DNA of 64,000 bases from the NCBI GenBank assembly GCA_029565915.1, contig JAKQNG010000296.1, positions 38 through 64,037 of the forward strand, in the 5' to 3' direction. The translations under genes and the position numbers were made by a program. The DNA comes from Deltaproteobacteria bacterium (GTDB lineage: Bacteria > Myxococcota_A > Polyangia > JAAYKL01). Positions within the stretch are counted from its first letter, which is position 1. Each line of letters begins with the position of its first letter. Positions 57,560 through 64,000 of this stretch are shown one piece after another. The notes under the pieces are model-generated. The model was not told the origin of the DNA. It worked only from the letters and a program-made list of their open reading frames with translations, and made no database searches.

Positions 57560-58524
57560 CAGAGTTCTGTCACTTTGACCCGCGACAGATCGGCTGTCCC
57601 CAGTCCCCGCTGTTGCGCGAGGGCGAGGTATGGCAGGTCCGCCGGTGTCAGTCCGATGAGGCGGCAGGACCAAGCGTCCACCGCCACCTGATCCGTCGAT
57701 GCGATGACCTTGCCCACTTCCTGCGTGTCCGCCAGGTTTCCGCCCTGGGGACCGTTGCGCAGCAGCACGCGGGTGGCATCCATGACCGTGAGGGTGGGCC
57801 GGATGAACTCCGCGAGATCGGCAATGGAGTCGTCAATGCGCTGGTGGAGGCGGTTTCTGCGGCCGCCGAGGATGCCGTAGAGGTTTTTCATGGCGCCCGT
57901 AAACTTCGACAGCCCGTGATGCTTGGCAATGGGCACGTTGATGAACCGATCCGCGGACACGGCGGGCACCAGCACCGGCATCCGTCCCAGGATGATGCCG
58001 CCCATGTCGTAGTCGCGGAACCGGTGTTCTGCCGGCAGGATGACTTCTGCCCCGGCTGCCTGTGCCGCTTTCCAGATGCCCGAACGAGTGAAGCACCGCT
58101 CCGGATCATTGCAGGTGTTGTCGGTCACCACCACCGCCCCGGCCCCGGCTTCGAAACACAGCCGGACCAGTGTTGCCACCACCTCCGGATTCGTGTTCGC
58201 CGCCTGCACGGGGGTGCGGTCCCATCCGATGTTGGGCTTGATGACCACCCGGTCGCCCTTTTTGACAAACGCCCCGATGCCGCCCAGCTCCTTTACGGCG
58301 GCCCTCACCGCGCGGTCCGGATCGCCGCCGGCCACCACCAGCCGGGGGCGGTCCTCCTGTTGTGGGGCGCGGAAATCCCGCACCTGCCGCACGGCTGCCC
58401 GTTTTACCGGCTCGTCGCGCCCCCTGTCGCTCGACAGACAGGCACCGCCCACGCAGGCCGAGACCCCGGCGCAACCCAATGCCGCGCGCTTGAGAAACTC
58501 CCTGCGGTTCCAGGCATCGGTCAT
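57559..58524 (-). CDS. Tat-exported DUF362 domain protein
   Basis: NRREFLK Tat motif, IKPNIGW, TNPEVV, NVPIAKHH, AMKNLYG. Confidence 0.9.
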   Translation of the reverse strand: MTDAWNRREFLKRAALGCAGVSACVGGACLSSDRGRDEPVKRAAVRQVRDFRAPQQEDRPRLVVAGGDPDRAVRAAVKELGGIGAFVKKGDRVVIKPNIGWDRTPVQAANTNPEVVATLVRLCFEAGAGAVVVTDNTCNDPERCFTRSGIWKAAQAAGAEVILPAEHRFRDYDMGGIILGRMPVLVPAVSADRFINVPIAKHHGLSKFTGAMKNLYGILGGRRNRLHQRIDDSIADLAEFIRPTLTVMDATRVLLRNGPQGGNLADTQEVGKVIASTDQVAVDAWSCRLIGLTPADLPYLALAQQRGLGTADLSRVKVTEL

Positions 58525-58536
58525 GAAAACACCTCG

Positions 58537-59847
58537 CTATCGACGGGCTTTTTTCGGCGCGGGTTTTTTCGGTGCCGGCTTTTTCGGGGCAACCTTGGCC
58601 GGTGCCTTTTTAGGTTCCGGCTTTTTGGGAGCGGCCTTCACCGGCGGTTTTTTCGGTGCCGGCTTCTTCGGGGCCACCTTGGCCGGCGCCTTTTTGGGTT
58701 CCGGTTTTTTGGGAGCGGCCTTCACCGGCGGCTTCTTCGGTTCGGGCTTCTTCGGGGCCGCCTTCACCGGGGCCTTCTTCGGTTCGGGCTTCTTCGGGGC
58801 CGCCTTCACCGGGGCCTTCTTCGGTTCCGGCTTCTTCGGGGCCGCCTTCGCCGGGGCCTTCTTCGGTTCCGGCTTCTTCGGGGCCGCCTTCACGGGTGCC
58901 TTCTTCAGCTCGGACTTCTTCGGTGGTTCGGATTTCCGCGCCGCCGCGTCCTTTGCCGCCTGCTTCCTGGCCTCAATTTTCTTCAACTCGGCCACCCGGT
59001 CCTCTTCTGCCCGTCGCACGGCCCGTTCCTTCGCCCGCCGCGCCTCTTCCTCTTCTTCCCGGCGCGCCCGCTCTTCCTCTTCCTTCATCCGCTTCTCCTG
59101 CTCGAGCCGCGCCTGCAGGGCCAGCTTCTTGTGGTCCACGGAATTTTCAATTTTTGCCACCATGCGTCCGCAGGCGGGACAGAAGTCGATGATATCTTCC
59201 TGTACCAGCCTGGCCCGGATGCCCGTCGGCAGTTCCATGCGGCACACCCGGCAGATGCCGTCGTGCAGCACGGTGAGGCCCACGCCCGAACGGGACTGGC
59301 GCAGTCGATCGTATTTGCGCAGCAGCGATGACGGAATACCGACCACCGCCTTACGCCGCTTTGCCTCCAGATCGTCGATCTGGTTTTTCAGCTTTTTCAG
59401 CTGGGCCTCCGGTGCCTGCTGGGACTTCTGCACTTCTTCGGACCGCTTCGCGATCTGCTCGTCCACCTTTGTCAGGTTTTTCTGCAGGGTCGCAAGCTGA
59501 TCGTCCGTTTCCACCAGCAGGACGGCGAGCTTGTCCTCTTCGGTGCGCAGGGCCTCCGTGGAGGAGCGGTTGCGGGGCTTGAAGGCCCGCGTGCGGTTGG
59601 CGATGAGCTGCTTGATCGCCGTGCGGATGTCCTCCAGGGTATTCTGGTACATGTCCCGCTGGGCCCTGGTGGCGGTCTGGCTGCGCAGGAGCTCCGTCTG
59701 TTCCGCTTTCAGCTCGTTGAGCCGTGCGTCTTCGCGCATACAGCGTGCCTGTAATTCCCGCGCTTCATCCACCAGATCCCGGATTTTCAGATCGATATCC
59801 TGAACGGAGAGAAGCGCTTCCAATGATTTACTTTCCCGCAGTTGCAT
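58537..59847 (-). CDS. coiled-coil C4 zinc-ribbon protein (DUF164/CT398-like) with histone-H1-like tail
   Basis: Coiled coil, YDRLR, CRVC..CPACGR, then Lys/Ala/Pro repeats. Confidence 0.88.
   Translation of the reverse strand: MQLRESKSLEALLSVQDIDLKIRDLVDEARELQARCMREDARLNELKAEQTELLRSQTATRAQRDMYQNTLEDIRTAIKQLIANRTRAFKPRNRSSTEALRTEEDKLAVLLVETDDQLATLQKNLTKVDEQIAKRSEEVQKSQQAPEAQLKKLKNQIDDLEAKRRKAVVGIPSSLLRKYDRLRQSRSGVGLTVLHDGICRVCRMELPTGIRARLVQEDIIDFCPACGRMVAKIENSVDHKKLALQARLEQEKRMKEEEERARREEEEEARRAKERAVRRAEEDRVAELKKIEARKQAAKDAAARKSEPPKKSELKKAPVKAAPKKPEPKKAPAKAAPKKPEPKKAPVKAAPKKPEPKKAPVKAAPKKPEPKKPPVKAAPKKPEPKKAPAKVAPKKPAPKKPPVKAAPKKPEPKKAPAKVAPKKPAPKKPAPKKARR
58545..58906 (-). repeat. 42-bp coding tandem repeat (KKAPVKAAPKKPEP x8 + partial)
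   Basis: Eight 14-aa units visible in DNA and protein. Confidence 0.92.
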
Positions 59848-59958
59848 CCTGTTCACCTCTGGTATCGAAATTATTAAACGATCTGGTACATTATGTCAAA
59901 GCGCCCCGAACCCGGGAAGCGCGGAAACACCGGACCGCCATCGACGAAACACAGACCC

Positions 59959-61851
59959 ATGACTTTGACCCGATTGCCTTTTGATGTTGTTGTCATCGGC
60001 GGTGGCCACGCCGGCTGCGAGGCCTTTGCCGCGGCCTGTCGCGTCGGCGTCCGGGCCGCCCTGGTCACGCCTTCCCGTCAGGCAGTGGGCACCCAGCCCT
60101 GCAACCCGGCCGTGGGCGGACCCGGCAAGGGCCACCTGGTGCGCGAAGTGGTCGCCCTCGGCGGCATCATGGGTGAGGTGACGGATCGCAGCGGCATCCA
60201 GTTCCGCACTCTGAATCGCACAAGGGGTCCGGCGGTGCGGGCCACCCGCGTACAGACCGATTCGGCCGTGTACGTGCTGGAGATGATGGTCCGGCTCGAA
60301 CAATTCCTCGACCGGGGCACCCTGCTGGAGGACACCGCCACCGCCCTGCACTGGAAAGGGGATGGTCCGTCCCGTCGGATCACGGGCGTGCAGCTGGAGC
60401 GGTCGGGGTTCATTCCGACCCGCAGTGTGGTCATCACCACCGGCACCTTCCTGCGGGGCATGCTCTTCATCGGCGACGAAATGACCCCCGGCGGTCGGCG
60501 GAACACACCCCCTTCCGTGGATCTCGCCCTCTCCCTCGAACGCACGGGACTGCCCCTCATCCGCCTGAAGACCGGCACCTGCCCGCGCCTCTCCGGGGAC
60601 AGCATCGACGTCTCCTCCCTGGAACCTCAGCCCGGCGACGATCCGCCGCCGTTCTTCAGTCCGGATACCCGGTCCTGTGCACTGCCCCAGCGCACCTGCC
60701 ACCTCACCTGGACCGGTGAGCACACCCACGCGATCATCCGCGAGAACATGCACCGCTCGGCCATGTACAGCGGGCTCATTTCGGGCACGGGCCCCAGGTA
60801 CTGCCCGTCCATCGAGGCCAAGATCAACCGCTTTGCCGACAAGGACCGCCACCAGATCTTCCTGGAGCCCGAAGACCGGGACGGGCGGATCATCTATCCC
60901 TCCGGGCTGTCCACCAGTTTTCCGCGGGACGTGCAGGAGGCGATGGTCCACTCCATCCCCGGACTGGAACGGGCCCGCATCGTGCGCTTCGGCTACGCGG
61001 TGGAGTACGACGCGGTCCAGCCCCGGTGCCTTTCGCCCCACCTGGAAGTGGACGGTTTCGCGGGCCTCTTCCTCGCGGGCCAGATCCTGGGCACCTCCGG
61101 CTACGAAGAAGCCGCGGCCCTGGGGCTCATCGCGGGCGCCAATGCGGCCCTTCTCGCGCGGGGCGACGCGCCCATCGTGCTGCGGCGGGATCAGGCCTAC
61201 GCGGGCGTGATGATCGACGACCTGACGGGCACCGGCGTGGATGAACCCTATCGCATGTTCACCTCCCGGGCGGAGTACCGGCTGCTGCTGCGGGAAGACA
61301 ACGCGGATGAGCGACTGCTGGCGGAGGGCCTGCGCGCGGGACTGATCGACGAGACGGCGGCCCGGCGGGTGCGGCAGGTGACGGATGCGGTGAAAGCCGC
61401 GGGGGACCGGTTGCGGGAGACCGTCGTCACCCCTTCGTCGGCGAACAACGCCACCCTGCGGGAGGCGGGTCTCGACGAGGTGAAGAAGCCGTCGTCGCTG
61501 CTCGATCTGGCGAGGCGGGAGGGCTGCGCGCTGGCGCGACTGTTGCCCCTGGCGCCCTGGCTGGGTGAGCTCGATGATCGGACCCGCACGCGGCTCGAAG
61601 TGGATATCCGCTACGAGGGATATCTGGGACGTCAGGAAGCGCAGGCCAAACGGCTGGGCGAAATGGACACGGTGAAGTTTCCGCCGCAGATGGTGTTCCG
61701 GGGCATTTCCGGGCTGCGGGGTGAGGTGGTCGAAAAGCTCGAACAACTGCGTCCCGCCACCCTCGGCCAGGCGAGCCGGATTCCGGGCATCACCCCCGCC
61801 GCCATCGAAATCCTGCGGGTGTACGCGAAACGCCAGTCCGCGACACCGTGA
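59959..61851 (+). CDS. mnmG: tRNA uridine 5-carboxymethylaminomethyl modification enzyme
   Basis: GGGHAGCEA, CNPAVGG, GPAV, RLKTGT, GPRYCPSIE, SGYEEAAA, EPYRMFTSRAEYRL. Confidence 0.96.
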   Translation: MTLTRLPFDVVVIGGGHAGCEAFAAACRVGVRAALVTPSRQAVGTQPCNPAVGGPGKGHLVREVVALGGIMGEVTDRSGIQFRTLNRTRGPAVRATRVQTDSAVYVLEMMVRLEQFLDRGTLLEDTATALHWKGDGPSRRITGVQLERSGFIPTRSVVITTGTFLRGMLFIGDEMTPGGRRNTPPSVDLALSLERTGLPLIRLKTGTCPRLSGDSIDVSSLEPQPGDDPPPFFSPDTRSCALPQRTCHLTWTGEHTHAIIRENMHRSAMYSGLISGTGPRYCPSIEAKINRFADKDRHQIFLEPEDRDGRIIYPSGLSTSFPRDVQEAMVHSIPGLERARIVRFGYAVEYDAVQPRCLSPHLEVDGFAGLFLAGQILGTSGYEEAAALGLIAGANAALLARGDAPIVLRRDQAYAGVMIDDLTGTGVDEPYRMFTSRAEYRLLLREDNADERLLAEGLRAGLIDETAARRVRQVTDAVKAAGDRLRETVVTPSSANNATLREAGLDEVKKPSSLLDLARREGCALARLLPLAPWLGELDDRTRTRLEVDIRYEGYLGRQEAQAKRLGEMDTVKFPPQMVFRGISGLRGEVVEKLEQLRPATLGQASRIPGITPAAIEILRVYAKRQSATP

Positions 61852-62028
61852 AATCGGAGATCCACCAGCAGCATTCCGATGACCCGGTGAGGTCCGGCCA
61901 GTTCATTCTGACGGGGTCACAACAGCTCGGCATGATGGAAAGCATCACCCAGAGTCTCGCGGGCCGCATCGGCAGCGACTGCGGCATCAATCACGGCACT
62001 GTGAGCAGCTGGCTCAGCGTTCTGGATT
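61848..62028 (+). pseudogene. internally deleted AAA_14/DUF4143 remnant
   Basis: [19 protein letters not shown] joined directly to [18 protein letters not shown], motifs far apart in intact copies. Confidence 0.7.
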
Positions 62029-62044
62029 GTGCTATACCATACAA

Positions 62045-64000
62045 ATGTATTGTTTGGGCAGCTATATTCCCCTGTGGTGCCTCAGCCATTTTTCGTTCCT
62101 GGAGGGCGCCAGCCATCCCGAAGAACTGGTGGAAGAAGCCCACCGAATGGGGCTGCGTGCCATCGCGATCACCGATCGGGACGGCGTATACGGCATGGTG
62201 AAGGCCCACATGAAGGCGCTGGAGCTGGGCATCCAGCTCATCGCCGGTGCGCAGATGACCCTCGCCGGCGGCGGTTGCGTGGTGCTGCTTGTCAAAGACG
62301 AGGCGGGATGGAAGAACCTGTGCACACTCATCTCAAAGGGTCGCCTCGCGGCGCCCAAGGGACACTGCGCATCGTCTCTCTCATCCGTCTGCGCCCACAG
62401 TGAGGGATTGATCGCCCTGCTGCCCGACACCGCCTTTGCCGCGGAAGAACCCCTGCGACGGGCCCTCGCATCCCTCCACCTCGCTTTTCAAAAAGACTGT
62501 TTTGCCCTGATCACGCGCCACCAGGAGCCGGCGGATCGTCCGCGCAACCACCGGATGTGCCGCCTGGCGCAGGAAGAAGGCGTCCCCGTCGCGGCCACCA
62601 CCCGGGTGCTCTATCATACGAAGGCCCGCCGCCCCCTGCAGGACGTCCTCACCTGCATCCGCCACGGCGTCACCCTTTCCGGGGCCGCTCCTTTCACCCA
62701 TCAAAACGACGAACACCACCTCCATGCGCCCGCTTCGTTTGCCATGTGCTTTGCCGACCTGCCGCAGGCGGTGGCGATGACCGGCGCCATCGCGTCCCGC
62801 TGCCGGTTCTCCCTCGGCGCGCTCCGCTATCGATATCCGTCGGAAACCGGAGACGACGGCGTGTCCTCCTCGCAGCGGTTGCGTCAGCTCACCTTCGAAG
62901 GCGCAGCGGCGCGCTATGGCGGTGCCATCCCCGACCGGATCGCCCGGCAGCTCGAAACGGAGCTCGCCCTCATCGATGAACTCAACTATCCCGGATATTT
63001 TCTCACCATGTACGAGGTGGTGCAGTTCTGCCGGCAGCAGAACATCCTGTGCCAGGGGCGGGGCTCCGCGGCCAATTCGGCCGTCTGCTACTGCCTTGGC
63101 ATCACGGCCGTGGACCCCATGCAGATGGACCTGCTCTTTGAGCGCTTTATCTCCAGGGAGCGGGCCGAGCCGCCGGACATCGATCTGGACATCGAGCACC
63201 GCCGCAGGGAAGAAGTCATCGCTTTTATCTACCAGAGGTACGGCCGCTCCCATGCGGCCATGGTGGCCGTGGTGGTGCGCTACCGGCCCCGCTCCGCCGT
63301 GAGGGATGCGGGGCGCGCCCTCGGGGTGGGCGAAGCGGCACTCGCCCGTCTTTCAAAGCTGCTGTCCCGGTGGGGCGCGGTGGAGGCGGACGCCTTTGTC
63401 AGCGCGGGTCTGTCACCGGATGTTCCCCTCTACGGCCACCTGCTGCAGATGGCTTCCCTGCTGGTGGATGTCCCCCGTCACCTGTCCATCCATCCGGGAG
63501 GATTCCTGCTGGGCAGCGAACCCGTCCACCACCTGGTGCCCGTGGAAAACGGCGCCATGCCGGGGCGCACGGTCATCCAGTGGGACAAGGACGACGTGGA
63601 GGCCATGGGCCTCTTCAAGGTGGACCTGCTGGCCCTCGGCGCCCTGACCCACCTGCACCTGTGCTTCGACCTGCTGAAGGAAACCCGCGGTCTGGCGGTG
63701 GATCTGGCGTCCATTCCCGCGGACGATGCGGACACCTGGGAGCTGATTTCCAGGGGCGACACGGTGGGCGTCTTCCAGATCGAAAGCCGCGCCCAGATGG
63801 CCATGCTGCCAAGGCTGCGCCCCCGCCATTTCTACGATCTGGTCATCGAGGTGAGCATTGTGCGGCCCGGCCCCATCACCGGCGGCATGGTCCATCCTTA
63901 CCTGCGGCGCCGCCGCGGCGAAGAGGAAGTGACCTTTCCCCATCCCTGCCTCGAACCGATCCTGAAAAAAACCCTGGGCGTGCCCCTCTTTCAGGAACAG
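62045..64000 (+). CDS. dnaE2: error-prone DNA polymerase III alpha subunit (partial, runs off window)
   Basis: Translated by hand: [70 protein letters not shown]. Confidence 0.93.
   Translation, partial: MYCLGSYIPLWCLSHFSFLEGASHPEELVEEAHRMGLRAIAITDRDGVYGMVKAHMKALELGIQLIAGAQMTLAGGGCVVLLVKDEAGWKNLCTLISKGRLAAPKGHCASSLSSVCAHSEGLIALLPDTAFAAEEPLRRALASLHLAFQKDCFALITRHQEPADRPRNHRMCRLAQEEGVPVAATTRVLYHTKARRPLQDVLTCIRHGVTLSGAAPFTHQNDEHHLHAPASFAMCFADLPQAVAMTGAIASRCRFSLGALRYRYPSETGDDGVSSSQRLRQLTFEGAAARYGGAIPDRIARQLETELALIDELNYPGYFLTMYEVVQFCRQQNILCQGRGSAANSAVCYCLGITAVDPMQMDLLFERFISRERAEPPDIDLDIEHRRREEVIAFIYQRYGRSHAAMVAVVVRYRPRSAVRDAGRALGVGEAALARLSKLLSRWGAVEADAFVSAGLSPDVPLYGHLLQMASLLVDVPRHLSIHPGGFLLGSEPVHHLVPVENGAMPGRTVIQWDKDDVEAMGLFKVDLLALGALTHLHLCFDLLKETRGLAVDLASIPADDADTWELISRGDTVGVFQIESRAQMAMLPRLRPRHFYDLVIEVSIVRPGPITGGMVHPYLRRRRGEEEVTFPHPCLEPILKKTLGVPLFQEQ

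Noticed and set aside
58545-58906. Regular repeats as a possible CRISPR array
   Set aside because: No unique spacers; in-frame 42-bp coding units; no cas genes
58040-59500. 486-aa plus-strand ORF with GAFFGSGFF repeats
   Set aside because: Antisense shadow of the Lys/Pro/Ala repeat gene

Overview
GC-rich (about 60-65% by eye) chromosomal window whose gene content suggests an anaerobic Myxococcota/deltaproteobacterial lineage. That assignment is an inference from Asp-rich lipoproteins, fibro-slime and DUF1566 paralogs, Hanks kinases, PEGA proteins and a TonB_C-fused TonB-dependent receptor. Housekeeping genes (recN, pyrC, mnmG, rlmI, a Lon-like protease, dnaE2) are interleaved with accessory modules. 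The best candidate for an undescribed system is a minus-strand operon at 10402-13898: ArsM-like methyltransferase, then a 49-aa three-Cys peptide absent from the ORF track (13069-13218), then a radical SAM/SPASM enzyme, then a thioredoxin-thioredoxin reductase fusion. This is a candidate arsenic-linked RiPP or thiol-peptide system. Other notable items: a sigma-54 regulon with two readable -24/-12 promoters (NifB/NifX + COG1149 operon and a VKOR-DsbA gene), a Ser/Thr kinase fused to an ODP-like di-iron domain, a kinase-TPR/PEGA-3xDUF1566 operon, four AAA_14/DUF4143 copies in different states of decay, three toxin-antitoxin-like loci, two +1 homopolymer frameshifts, and a dnaE2 lacking imuAB. 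I saw no rRNA, tRNA, CRISPR array or transposase. All family assignments come from motif recognition, not database searches.
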